DNA from: Rhodothermales bacterium
GTDB taxonomy: Bacteria; Bacteroidota; Rhodothermia; Rhodothermales; DASSAV01
NCBI GenBank assembly: GCA_035699265.1
Contig: DASSAV010000079.1
Location: forward strand, 1-36,200
Length of the DNA stretch: 36,200 nt
Direction: 5' to 3'
Positions 8,334 through 17,619 of this stretch are shown one piece after another. Position 1 is the stretch's first letter. Every line of letters begins with the position of its first letter. A program made the translations under genes and the position numbers. A model generated the notes under the pieces. The model made no database searches, was not told the DNA's origin, and worked only from the letters and a program-made list of their open reading frames with translations.

Positions 8334-9818
8334 ATGTCTGAACATCCCGTCCGCGTCCGTTTTGCACCCAGCCCCACGGGCCTCTTACACATTGGCGGCC
8401 TTCGCACGGCACTGTACAACTACCTCTTCGCGAAGCAGCACGGCGGCACGTTCATCCTCCGCATCGAGGACACAGATCAGACCCGGTTCGTTGCTGAAGC
8501 GGAAGGGGATATCATCGGCTCCCTCCACTGGGCCGGATTGCACTACGACGAGGGGCCGGGTGTAGGGGGGCCCCACGCACCGTACCGCCAGAGCGAACGG
8601 CAAGCGCTGTACCGGAACTACGCCCAGCGCCTCTTGGATGCAGGTCTCGTTTATTATGCGTTCGATACGGAAGAGGAGATCGAAGCGATGCGGCAGCGGC
8701 TTCGGCAGAGCGGGAATGCTGCGCCGAAGTACGACGCCGTCACGCGGACCGGCATGAAGAATGCGATCACACTACCGGAGGAAGATGTCCGGAGGCGCAT
8801 CGAGGCGGGGGAGCCGCACGTGATCCGCATGAAGGTGCCCCCTGGCGAGACCATGCGTATCCATGACCTCATCCGTGGCTGGGTGTCCTTCGATACGTCC
8901 GACCTTGACGATCAGGTGCTCATCAAGTCTGACGGAATGCCGACTTATCATCTGGCCAGCGTCGTAGACGACCACCTTATGGAGATCACGCACGTGATTC
9001 GAGGAGAGGAGTGGCTGCCGTCTACGCCGAAGCATTTCTTGCTGTATCAGTTCTTCGGTTGGCAGCCCCCGAGCGTAGCGCACCTTCCACTCATCATGAG
9101 CCCGCACGGCGGAAAGCTTTCCAAGCGCAATGCGGACGAACTCGGGATTCCCATCTCGGTTAAGCAGTACCATAAAGCGGGCTACGAGCCGCAGGCACTG
9201 CTCAACTTCCTGGCCTTTCTGGGCTGGAATCCGGGTACCGAGCAGGAAGTGTTTACGCTGGAGGAGCTTGTGCCAGCATTTTCTATAGAGCGCGTGGGTT
9301 CCAGTGGCGTTCAGTTCAATCTGGACAAGCTGCGCTGGTACAACCAGCAGTTCATACGCCGATTATCCCCGCAAGAACTGGCGGACCGTGCTCGCCCCTT
9401 TCTCCACGCAAATGGTTTTCATCCGGATGAGGACTACCTTGTGCGGGTGGCGGCACTCATGCAGGAGCGGCTCGTGCTTGTAGGAGATCTGGCCAAGTCC
9501 GGATCGTATTTCTTTGAGGATCCCGAGACCTATGACCCCGAAGGCGTAAAAAAGCGCTGGAAAGAAAACTCGGACGATCTTCTATCTGCCTATGCGGATC
9601 GTCTGGCCGAACTGGAGCCTTTCGATGCCCCTAGGGCCGAAGAGGCACTCCGCTCGTTGTCGGAGGAGAAGGGAGTGGGCGGGGGCAAGATCATTCATCC
9701 GGTACGGCTCGCCCTGAGTGGCGTCACGGTCGGCCCCGGCCTGTTTGAGATGATGGAGGTACTCGGAAAGGAGACGTGCCTCCGCCGAATCAGGCGTGCG
9801 ATTCAGGTTCTCGGATAA
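8334..9818 (+). CDS. gltX: Glutamate--tRNA ligase
   Basis: Starts at the ATG at 8334 ([33 protein letters not shown]), carrying the HIGH-type motif. KLSKR (KMSKS-type) motif at GGKLSKRN. The upstream 69 codons of ORF-track frame 8127.. have no synthetase similarity. Confidence 0.93.
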   Translation: MSEHPVRVRFAPSPTGLLHIGGLRTALYNYLFAKQHGGTFILRIEDTDQTRFVAEAEGDIIGSLHWAGLHYDEGPGVGGPHAPYRQSERQALYRNYAQRLLDAGLVYYAFDTEEEIEAMRQRLRQSGNAAPKYDAVTRTGMKNAITLPEEDVRRRIEAGEPHVIRMKVPPGETMRIHDLIRGWVSFDTSDLDDQVLIKSDGMPTYHLASVVDDHLMEITHVIRGEEWLPSTPKHFLLYQFFGWQPPSVAHLPLIMSPHGGKLSKRNADELGIPISVKQYHKAGYEPQALLNFLAFLGWNPGTEQEVFTLEELVPAFSIERVGSSGVQFNLDKLRWYNQQFIRRLSPQELADRARPFLHANGFHPDEDYLVRVAALMQERLVLVGDLAKSGSYFFEDPETYDPEGVKKRWKENSDDLLSAYADRLAELEPFDAPRAEEALRSLSEEKGVGGGKIIHPVRLALSGVTVGPGLFEMMEVLGKETCLRRIRRAIQVLG

Positions 9819-9851
9819 ATACCCGGCGGCGTCTTGTAGCGCGGAGGTGGG

Positions 9852-10400
9852 CTAATCAACTGGCGGCCCGAACAGGCGATGGTACACACGAAGTATGTCA
9901 TAGAGGGCAATACCATACGCAACGGAGACGTTCAGCGATTGCTTGGCGCCGAATTGCGGAATCTCGAAGGCCATATCCGCCAGATCCAGCACCTCGTCAT
10001 TCACCCCGCTGATCTCGTTACCCACAACCAGGCATAAGGGGAAGTGCCTGGCCTGGAGCGAATCGATGTCGGTCGGCGTGTCGGTGATCTCCAGAACGGC
10101 TATCGTATGACCCTGCGCGTGAAGGGATCGTACCACACTCCGCGCATCAGCCTCGTGCGACCAGGCGACGGTATTCTGCGCACCGAGGGCTGTTTTGCGA
10201 AGCGCCGGATTATCGGGCGTACCCGTGATACCCGTCAGATAGAGGTGTTCGACTGCCGCTGCATCGGACGTGCGGAACATCGACCCGACATTGTGCAGTG
10301 AACGGACATTGTCCAGTACAGCCCGTATGGGATGCTTCGGTAACGTTTGGACCCGGAGCGGATCAGGGCGGGGGATTTCCTCGTGTTTGAGCTTTCGCAT
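9852..10400 (-). CDS. SpoU/TrmH-family RNA 2'-O-methyltransferase
   Basis: SPOUT motifs: NVGSMFRTSDAAAV, LVVGNEISGV, IPQFGAKQSLNVSVAYGIALYDI. The ATG at 10400 (MRKLKHEE) is preferred. The track start at 10481 would leave only 5 nt to the divergent gene at 10487. Confidence 0.75.
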   Translation of the reverse strand: MRKLKHEEIPRPDPLRVQTLPKHPIRAVLDNVRSLHNVGSMFRTSDAAAVEHLYLTGITGTPDNPALRKTALGAQNTVAWSHEADARSVVRSLHAQGHTIAVLEITDTPTDIDSLQARHFPLCLVVGNEISGVNDEVLDLADMAFEIPQFGAKQSLNVSVAYGIALYDILRVYHRLFGPPVD

Positions 10401-10486
10401 CAGGTGGCGGGCATAGACATTGCTTGGAGGGAATATATGCCCGCGTTCCCAGTAGAAATCAATCTTGAACGTAGCACGCACGGCAC

Positions 10487-11077
10487 ATGAAAAGAACGGG
10501 TCTCTTTCTCAGTCTTGTAGTGGCCTGTCTGCTCCTTGCCAGTTGCCAGACAATCCGGCAGATTGCCCAGTTGCAAAATGTTCACTTCGATATAGATCAC
10601 GTGTCGAATGCGACACTGGCGAACGTACCCATCGATCGCGTCCAGAGCTACGGCGACTTGAGCGCACTGGATCTGGCCCGGCTCGGTGCCGCACTGGCGC
10701 AGGGAAGCCTTCCTCTGTCGTTCACGCTTCATTTAGGCGCTGAGAACCCCCCGGACAACAACGTGCAGGCCCGCCTGGTACAGATGGACTGGACCCTCTT
10801 CGTGCAAGACCACGAGACCATCAGCGGAACGTTTGACCAGTCACTCCTCCTGCCACCGGGTCAACGCACGGACGTACCAATCCCGATCCGGCTCGATCTC
10901 GTGGATTTCTTTGGCCAAAATCTCTCAGATCTCGTCGAGCTTGCACTGGCGGTGAGCGGGCATGGAGGAGAACCCAAGGACATCAGCGTAGAAGCAACTC
11001 CGACCGTGCAGACGCCGCTGGGACCGATCCGGTACCCGCGGCCGATCACGATTGTGGCCCGAAGCGTCGGCGGGTAA
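10487..11077 (+). CDS. Lipoprotein, possibly LEA_2 (LEA14/NDR1-like) fold
   Basis: Lipobox signal MKRTGLFLSLVVACLLLASC. The central beta-rich segment (LHLGAENPPDNNVQARLVQMDWTLFVQDHETISG) resembles bacterial LEA_2-domain lipoproteins. The function call is weak. Confidence 0.5.
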   Translation: MKRTGLFLSLVVACLLLASCQTIRQIAQLQNVHFDIDHVSNATLANVPIDRVQSYGDLSALDLARLGAALAQGSLPLSFTLHLGAENPPDNNVQARLVQMDWTLFVQDHETISGTFDQSLLLPPGQRTDVPIPIRLDLVDFFGQNLSDLVELALAVSGHGGEPKDISVEATPTVQTPLGPIRYPRPITIVARSVGG

Positions 11078-11217
11078 CGTGTGGTTGCACAGGCCGATAT
11101 GAGGGGAGGCAGCAAACCGCTCCGTGGGTTCTGGCTGTGCCGCATGCAAACGACGTGGAGCGTTACCTCTTGGCAGTAGCTTGCCTGGGTATCTCAAATT
11201 AGCTAAATTGCCTTGCT

Positions 11218-11982
11218 GTGCGCTCCACTGACGAAAACCGCGACCACGCGCCGCCCCTGATCGTCGCAATCGATGGTCCTGCGGGTTCGGGTAAGAGTAC
11301 GACCGCCCGGCGTGTGGCGGAGCGGCTCGGGTACGTGTATCTGGATACCGGTGCGATGTACCGCGCCGGTGCGTTGCGCCTGATGCGAAGCGGAGAAGCG
11401 GTAGATTCGGAACGGGCAGGCTCGATTGTGCGGGAGAGCCGTATTGCAGTAGCCTTCGTAGAGGGCGAAATGCGGGTGTTGCTCGACGGTGTGGACGTTA
11501 CGCGTGAAATTCGGGCACCGGAAGTCGGGTCCGTAGCGAGCAGAGTGAGCAAGCTTGCCCCGGTTCGGGAAGGACTCGTCCAACTCCAGCGTGAGATAGC
11601 CAACTCCTTTCTGCAGCAGGGAACCGGCGTCGTGCTGGACGGGCGTGATATCGGTACGGTGGTTTTCCCGGACGCTCAGGTGAAAATATTCATGATTGCG
11701 GATCCAATGGTGCGGGCGCAACGCCGGCAGGCCGAGCTTTCCCTCATTGGACGGCACATGAAATTGGAAACCGTGCTTCTGGAGATCCAGCAGAGGGATC
11801 GGCAGGATACGGAGCGAGCCGTAGCCCCGCTGCGCAAGGCCGAAGATGCGTACCTGCTGGATACGACCCGCGCAAGCATGAAGGAACAAGAAGACTTTAT
11901 TGTCGAACGGGTCTGGGAACGCGCCTCAGAGACTACTGTAAAACCCAGTTCATACCCGTCACCCGGAGCAGGGACAGACTGA
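11218..11982 (+). CDS. cmk: Cytidylate kinase
   Basis: GTG start at 11218. IVAIDGPAGSGKSTTARRVAERLGYVYLDTGAMYRA and DGRDIGTVVFPDA are canonical Cmk motifs. Confidence 0.9.
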   Translation: MRSTDENRDHAPPLIVAIDGPAGSGKSTTARRVAERLGYVYLDTGAMYRAGALRLMRSGEAVDSERAGSIVRESRIAVAFVEGEMRVLLDGVDVTREIRAPEVGSVASRVSKLAPVREGLVQLQREIANSFLQQGTGVVLDGRDIGTVVFPDAQVKIFMIADPMVRAQRRQAELSLIGRHMKLETVLLEIQQRDRQDTERAVAPLRKAEDAYLLDTTRASMKEQEDFIVERVWERASETTVKPSSYPSPGAGTD

Positions 11983-12165
11983 TTGTCTTCCGTATTGCTT
12001 CGCGTACAGGTAGAGATTCCCTCTTGATTCATTTGTCAAACCTAAACCATGTCTTCGCCGTCCGGCCGGGGGAAGCGGCTGGCGAGGATCCCCAAATACC
12101 AGGGTCCCATCCAGAAACAGGGGAAGATGTCTCCTGTGAACGACAGGGTGGGCCCGGAGAAATCT

Positions 12166-14892
12166 ATGGCTGAAGAGCAGCAGAACACCAACCAGGTAAA
12201 CGAAAAGGAAAACGTCGAAGAAGAACCGCAGGACGTGGTACAGGCGCCCGAGATGCAGGACGACGTGAGCGCAGAAGCTCAGGACGGCGCAACTGTAGAA
12301 GCTCAGGACGGCGCAAGTGTAGAGGCTGACGGCATCGAGGAAGCCGCCTCGCCTGAAGTCGAGGATACGGCGTCTCATGCGCTGAAGAGTGCGGTCGACA
12401 AAGCTGGCAATGTCGTCCGGATTGTCGCTGAGGCTGTCGAAAACGTGGCCGCCGATGCCATTGAGCGTGTCGCAGAAACCCTGCACACGGGCGAGCACGA
12501 TGAGGCGAAGGAGCTGACGTCGGTCGGCGCAGAGGGTTTGCAGCACACCGGTGACTCACTTGGATTCACGGGCGAAATTGTAGGCCGTGTGGTCAAGCTC
12601 GAGGATCTTGAAAAAGGTGACGACGAGGAACATCGCGCCACCTATGACCAGCTCCGCAGCTTGATAGAGCAGACGTTGACTAACGTCTCGGAGAACGAAA
12701 TTGTGCGCGGGCGGGTGGTTAGCATCGGCGATAAGGATATCGTCATCGACATCGGCTTCAAGAGCGATGGTATCGTCCCACGCAACGAATTTAACCGTGA
12801 GCTAGAGCCCGGCGAAGAAGTAGAGGTGTTCCTGGAGCGCATCGAAGACTACCAGGGACAACTCGTGCTCTCGAAGACGAAGGCAGACACGGTCCGCCGC
12901 TGGCAACGCATCGAGGACGCCTACAAGAATGAAGAAGTCCTCGATGGTACCATCGTTCGCCGCATCAAAGGCGGCATGATCGTCGAGTTGTTCGACGGCG
13001 TGGAGGCGTTCCTGCCCGGTTCTCAGATCGACGTGCGCCCGGTGCGTGATTTTGACGCCTATCTCGAGAAGCGGATGGAGTTCAAAATCGTGAAGCTCAA
13101 TCCGGCAAACGAGAACATCGTCGTTTCCCATAAGGCGCTTATCGAGAAGGAACTCGAATCCCAGCGCAAGAAGATCCTCTCCACGATGGAGCCGGGTCAG
13201 GTGCTCGAAGGCACCGTCAAGAATATCACGGATTTCGGTGTCTTCATCGATCTGGGTGGTGTCGACGGTCTGTTGCACATCACGGACCTCTCCTGGGGCC
13301 GTGTATCGCATCCGTCCGAACTGGTCTCGCTGGATGAGAAACTCAACGTCGTGGTACTCGACTACGACAAGGAGCGCCAGCGTATTTCGCTCGGGCTAAA
13401 GCAGCTTCAGCCGCATCCGTGGGACAACATCGGTGAGAAGTACCACGAGGGCGAAACCGTAGAAGGCAAGGTGGTAAGCATCACCGACTACGGTGCCTTC
13501 GTCGAACTTGAAAAGGGTATCGAAGGCCTCGTCCACATCTCGGAGATGAGCTGGACCGAGCACATCCGCCATCCGAGCCAGATGGTTGCGCTGGGACAGG
13601 TCGTGCCGGTCAAGATCCTCAACATCGATCACGAGGGTAAGAAGATCTCCCTCGGCATGAAGCAGCTCCAGCCGGATCCCTGGGAGGGTATTGCCGCTCG
13701 TTACCCCGCCGGCACAGTGCTTCGGGGACGTGTGCGCAACATCACCAACTTCGGCGTGTTCGTAGAGATAGAGCCGGGTATCGATGGCCTGGTCCACATC
13801 AGCGATCTCTCCTGGACGAAGCGCGTCAAACATCCCAGCGAGATCGTCAAGAAGGGACAGGAGCTCGATGTAGTGGTCCTCAACATCGATGAGAAGGAGC
13901 GCCGCATCTCACTCGGCCACAAGCAGGTCGAGACCAATCCTTGGAACCAGTTCGCCAAGGTGTATGCCGAAGGCATCGATACGGAAGGCAAAATCGCCAG
14001 CGTCGAGGAAAAAGGCATCGTCGTCGACCTTCCGCTCGACGTGGAAGCCTTCGTTCCGGCAGGCGAGATGAAGAATGCCCCGGAGAATTACCACGCTGGC
14101 GATTCCCTTAACATTCGCATCATTCGCTTCGACGCCAATAACAAAGAGATCATTGGCAGCGAAACGGCGAAGCAGCGTGCCGAAGAGCGGGCCGTCCGGG
14201 AGCAGGAGGAGAAGGAGCGGCGCGTCGAGCGCGACCGCGAACGTCGAGATGTTCAGGACTTCACGGAACGGCAGCCCGCCGCAACTGGCCCGACCACACT
14301 CGGCGAACTGAGTGGCCTCTCGGCGCTGCGCGACCAGATGCGTGCCTCGGAAGTCGCAACTGAGGCGCAGCCGAGTCCCAAGGAGGGCGAGGAGCTCGTC
14401 GTTACGCCGCAGGCCAACCTCGACCTTACGGGTGCCCCCGGAAGCGACAACCGTAAAGCGGGGGAGGAGGCATGGGAAGGCACGGAAGCCGACCGAAGCG
14501 CCACCGAGCCGCCTGTCGAGCAGCAACAACGCAAGGAGGAGGCCGGGGATGTCACGCCTGCCGAGATGTCGCAGGCTGCCTTCAAGGATGCTGGCGAGAC
14601 GGACAAGGAAGGCGCCGCGGCGGCCGCCGAACTCCTCACGGAGGACGTAACGCCGAGTGAGGGTACCGGCGACAAGCCCATCGCGTCGTTGGAAGAGGAA
14701 GAGTCCGTCCCCGAGGTCGAGAGCTTCACACGCCCGAAGAAGGGTTCGAAGCGCAAGGTGACCACCTCTGACGTCGTGGCTGAGGAAACGGATGAAGAGG
14801 AAGCATCGGCGGATACCGAGATGGGCAAGGCCAGTGCCACCGTCAAAGCCGAGTCCCAGGACGATGCGGATGACGTGGCGGACCGCGCCTGA
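12166..14892 (+). CDS. rpsA: 30S ribosomal protein S1 with long acidic N- and C-terminal extensions
   Basis: Six S1/OB repeats, for example VRGRVVSIGDKDIVIDIGFKSDGIV, VLEGTVKNITDFGVFIDLGGVDGLLHITDLSW, VEGKVVSITDYGAFVELEKGIEGLVHISEMSW and VLRGRVRNITNFGVFVEIEPGIDGLVHISDLSW. The ATG at 12166 (MAEEQQ) has GGAG 7 nt upstream. The track start at 12049 adds a basic 39-aa segment unlike the rest of the protein. Confidence 0.88.
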   Translation: MAEEQQNTNQVNEKENVEEEPQDVVQAPEMQDDVSAEAQDGATVEAQDGASVEADGIEEAASPEVEDTASHALKSAVDKAGNVVRIVAEAVENVAADAIERVAETLHTGEHDEAKELTSVGAEGLQHTGDSLGFTGEIVGRVVKLEDLEKGDDEEHRATYDQLRSLIEQTLTNVSENEIVRGRVVSIGDKDIVIDIGFKSDGIVPRNEFNRELEPGEEVEVFLERIEDYQGQLVLSKTKADTVRRWQRIEDAYKNEEVLDGTIVRRIKGGMIVELFDGVEAFLPGSQIDVRPVRDFDAYLEKRMEFKIVKLNPANENIVVSHKALIEKELESQRKKILSTMEPGQVLEGTVKNITDFGVFIDLGGVDGLLHITDLSWGRVSHPSELVSLDEKLNVVVLDYDKERQRISLGLKQLQPHPWDNIGEKYHEGETVEGKVVSITDYGAFVELEKGIEGLVHISEMSWTEHIRHPSQMVALGQVVPVKILNIDHEGKKISLGMKQLQPDPWEGIAARYPAGTVLRGRVRNITNFGVFVEIEPGIDGLVHISDLSWTKRVKHPSEIVKKGQELDVVVLNIDEKERRISLGHKQVETNPWNQFAKVYAEGIDTEGKIASVEEKGIVVDLPLDVEAFVPAGEMKNAPENYHAGDSLNIRIIRFDANNKEIIGSETAKQRAEERAVREQEEKERRVERDRERRDVQDFTERQPAATGPTTLGELSGLSALRDQMRASEVATEAQPSPKEGEELVVTPQANLDLTGAPGSDNRKAGEEAWEGTEADRSATEPPVEQQQRKEEAGDVTPAEMSQAAFKDAGETDKEGAAAAAELLTEDVTPSEGTGDKPIASLEEEESVPEVESFTRPKKGSKRKVTTSDVVAEETDEEEASADTEMGKASATVKAESQDDADDVADRA
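12274..12333 (+). repeat. 24-nt in-frame tandem repeat (2.5 copies) inside the rpsA N-terminal extension
   Basis: gaagctcaggacggcgcaaCtgta / gaagctcaggacggcgcaaGtgta / gaggctgacggc, encoding EAQDGATV EAQDGASV EADG. Confidence 0.9.
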
Positions 14893-14921
14893 CGTCTGGT
14901 TCACACTTGACCGAGGAAATG

Positions 14922-14957
14922 GAGGGGCTGCCCGTATGGGCGGCCCCTCGCATTTTA
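14922..14957 (+). terminator. Rho-independent terminator of rpsA
   Basis: 12-bp stem GAGGGGCTGCCC / GGGCGGCCCCTC (one G-U pair), loop GTAT, followed by GCATTTTA. It lies 30 nt after the rpsA stop. Confidence 0.8.
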
Positions 14958-15059
14958 TGGGATCGTTACACCGAGTGCCGCCCGTGGGTGTGGCCCAACG
15001 GTGTCGTGGCGCGTACAATCGGCAGGGCGCCGGCTTCACGTCAGTCCGGCATACAAACG

Positions 15060-15932
15060 ATGGATGCGAAAACGCAACGCGCTTTCCGTACGGCGCTGCT
15101 CTCGGGCGCCGGTGCGGCTCTTCTGGCAGGGTATGCTTTTTATGTGGAGCCCCGCTGGCTGGAGGTCAGGAGGACGCGCATCCAAATCTATGGCCTGCCT
15201 GCGCAACTGCAGGGGCTACGCATCGCGTTGCTGTCGGATCTGCACGCCGGGAAAGGAACACCGCTTTCCTTACTGCGAAGGGCGTGCCGCCTGGCCATGC
15301 GGGAAAAGCCCGACGTGATCGGCCTGACAGGCGACTTCGTATGCGACGAGAGCGTCGTCTCCCCGGAGCAGGCCGTTGGTGCTCTTTCGCAACTCCGGGC
15401 GCCGCTGGGCGTGTTCGCTGTTCCAGGCAATCACGATCATGCCTGGGGAATCCGGGCCTGGAAGCAGGCGCTGAAAGACTACCGAAACGTGGTGGACCTC
15501 ACAAACAAATCCCTCGTGCACGAGATTGCCGGGGTCAGATTAGGGGTGGCGGGCGTCGATGACCTGGTAACAGGAAGCCCGAATTACAGATGGCTGAATT
15601 GGCTGGATCGCTGTGACTTCGTCCTGTTGCTGGCGCATAATCCGGACCACGCCGAGGAAATCAGGAAGCTGCCCGTCCACGTAAATCTCACGTTGAGCGG
15701 ACACACACATGCCGGACAGGTTCGCCTGCCGCTCTTTGGCGCCCTGCTCAACCCTTCGACCCATGACGGGATCTATGACGAGGGGCTGGTGCGGCGCCCG
15801 TGGACGCAGGTATACATATCGCGCGGCGTGGGGACGATCCACCTCCCAGTCCGATTCCTGTGCAGGCCCGAAATCTCCATTCTGGAGCTGACCCGGCAAG
15901 CTACCCCCGAACCAGAGCCGAATGCCGGATAA
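15060..15932 (+). CDS. Membrane-anchored metallophosphoesterase (YkuE/calcineurin-like)
   Basis: Motifs LLSDLHAG, GLTGDFV, VPGNHDH, LLAHNPD, LSGHTHAGQ. The start was set to the ATG at 15060 (MDAKTQRAF, followed by a hydrophobic helix), because the rpsA terminator lies inside the longer track ORF starting at 14907. Confidence 0.82.
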   Translation: MDAKTQRAFRTALLSGAGAALLAGYAFYVEPRWLEVRRTRIQIYGLPAQLQGLRIALLSDLHAGKGTPLSLLRRACRLAMREKPDVIGLTGDFVCDESVVSPEQAVGALSQLRAPLGVFAVPGNHDHAWGIRAWKQALKDYRNVVDLTNKSLVHEIAGVRLGVAGVDDLVTGSPNYRWLNWLDRCDFVLLLAHNPDHAEEIRKLPVHVNLTLSGHTHAGQVRLPLFGALLNPSTHDGIYDEGLVRRPWTQVYISRGVGTIHLPVRFLCRPEISILELTRQATPEPEPNAG

Positions 15933-15944
15933 GAAGTCGAAACA

Positions 15945-17432
15945 TCAGTCCACGTTATCGATCTGAGCCTTCTGTAGGTGGCCGGAGTAATCTACGTATA
16001 CCGTCTTGGTTTCCGTGTAGAAGTCAAAGACTTCCCAGCCCCCTTCACGGTGGCCGTTTCCTGTCTCTTTCACACCGCCGAAGGGCATGTGGGCCTCGGC
16101 GCCGATTGTCGGGCCGTTGATGTATGTGATCCCGGCTTCGATGTCGTGCATCGCACGGAAAGCCAGCGACACGTCTTGCGTGTAGATGCTGGAGGAAAGG
16201 CCGTACTTCGTGTCGTTTGCTATCGCCACGGCCTCTTCATAGCTGCCGGCCTCCAACACGGACAACACAGGCCCGAAGATTTCTTCCCGAGCAATGCGCA
16301 TATCGGGTGTGACGCCCGTAAAGACGGTGGGCTTATAGAAAAAACCCTCGTCCAGGCCGTCACCTGTTGCGCGACGTCCGCCCAGTACGACCTGCGCTCC
16401 TTCCTGCTTGCCGATCTCCACGTAGCGTTCCACTTTGCCCAGCGCATCAGAGTTGATGAGCGGACCGACGTCGACGCCTGCATCATTGCCGTAGCCCAGG
16501 CGAAGTTTGCCGGCCCGTTCGCAGAGGCGATGCACCAGCTTGTCGTGGACCTTCTCGTGCACGATGAGGCGGCTGGTGGCCGTGCACCGCTGGCCTGTGG
16601 TGCCGAAAGCCCCCCACAGAACGCCCTCGATGGCGAGGTCGAGCTGGGCGTCTTGCAGGACGATCATCGGGTTCTTGCCTCCCATCTCCATGGAAACCCG
16701 TTTGTGCATCCTCCCGCATACCTCGCCGATCCTGGCGCCGGTCTCCGACGAGCCGGTGAAGCCGATGGCGTCCACCTCCGGGTGGGAGACGAGTGCCGCG
16801 CCGGCCTCACTGCGTCCCTGGACGAGGTTTACGACTCCTGTCGGAATGCCCGCGTCGACGAGAACCTGCACGAGCAGCATCCCGAGGTGAGGGGCATCTT
16901 CGCTCGGCTTGAAAATGACACAGTTGCCCGAGGCCAGGGCCGGAAACAGCTTCCACGTTGGGACGGCGATCGGGAAGTTCCACGCGGTGATAATGCCGCA
17001 TACGCCCACGGGCCGCCGGATGGTCATGTTGAACTTGTTCGGCAGTTCGCTCGGCACCGTCCGACCGAACAGGCGGCGCGTTTCCGATGCCGCATAGTAC
17101 GCCGTGTCGATGGCTTCCTGCACGTCTCCGCGCGTCTCCGTGAACGGCTTTCCCATCTCACGGGTCATTTCGAAGGCCAGGTCGTTCTTTCGCTCTACCA
17201 GCAGATCGCCGACTTTCCGCAGGATCTCGCCCCGTTGTGGGGCGGGCGTCCGGCTCCAAGAGTGAAAGGCCGCCCGGGCTGCCTTCGCCGCCGCATCGAC
17301 GTCGGCCGCAGACGATTCCGGGAAGTCCCCGATCACGTCGGATTTCTTCGCAGGATTGACGTTCTCGAAGTAGTGTCCGGACGCAGGCTCGATCCATTGC
17401 CCGCCGACATAATTCTTGAATTTCTGTGGCAT
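15945..17432 (-). CDS. NAD(P)-dependent aldehyde dehydrogenase
   Basis: Full-length ALDH: WNFPIAVPTWKLFPALASGNCVIFKPSE, catalytic Glu in SMEMGGKNP, catalytic Cys in GQRCTATSR, and EEIFGPV. Confidence 0.9.
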   Translation of the reverse strand: MPQKFKNYVGGQWIEPASGHYFENVNPAKKSDVIGDFPESSAADVDAAAKAARAAFHSWSRTPAPQRGEILRKVGDLLVERKNDLAFEMTREMGKPFTETRGDVQEAIDTAYYAASETRRLFGRTVPSELPNKFNMTIRRPVGVCGIITAWNFPIAVPTWKLFPALASGNCVIFKPSEDAPHLGMLLVQVLVDAGIPTGVVNLVQGRSEAGAALVSHPEVDAIGFTGSSETGARIGEVCGRMHKRVSMEMGGKNPMIVLQDAQLDLAIEGVLWGAFGTTGQRCTATSRLIVHEKVHDKLVHRLCERAGKLRLGYGNDAGVDVGPLINSDALGKVERYVEIGKQEGAQVVLGGRRATGDGLDEGFFYKPTVFTGVTPDMRIAREEIFGPVLSVLEAGSYEEAVAIANDTKYGLSSSIYTQDVSLAFRAMHDIEAGITYINGPTIGAEAHMPFGGVKETGNGHREGGWEVFDFYTETKTVYVDYSGHLQKAQIDNVD

Positions 17433-17619
17433 ACAGCGTGGTAGTTGTAACCAGAAGGTCTAACCTGGTCGCAAGAAAAACGACCAGAGGCGCGTACGAG
17501 TAGATGAAACAGAGGGAAACCGAGGGGTTCCCAGCCGAAAGATAGCGACGATTCGGCTCTGGCATCGCGCAAGCACCCTCGCAGCCGTATCTTCCTTGAT
17601 CAAACAGGATGGTTTCGAC

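Noticed and set aside
11203-11889. 228-aa minus-strand ORF opposite cmk; similar antisense ORFs at 24809..25591 (nusA) and 29981..30637 (truB/ribF)
   Set aside because: They are antisense to genes with unambiguous signatures, and no motifs were found.
14735-14750. GGTTCGAA-type strings (also near 29985) resembling tRNA T-loops
   Set aside because: They lie inside well-supported CDSs (rpsA and truB), and no surrounding cloverleaf can be drawn.
13909-15039. 376-aa minus-strand ORF spanning the rpsA 3' end
   Set aside because: It is antisense to the S1 tail and runs through the rpsA terminator hairpin. Its composition is low-complexity Arg/Leu/Gly.
15978-17444. 488-aa plus-strand ORF
   Set aside because: It is the exact antisense of the aldehyde dehydrogenase, which has complete catalytic motifs. 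It is a shadow ORF.
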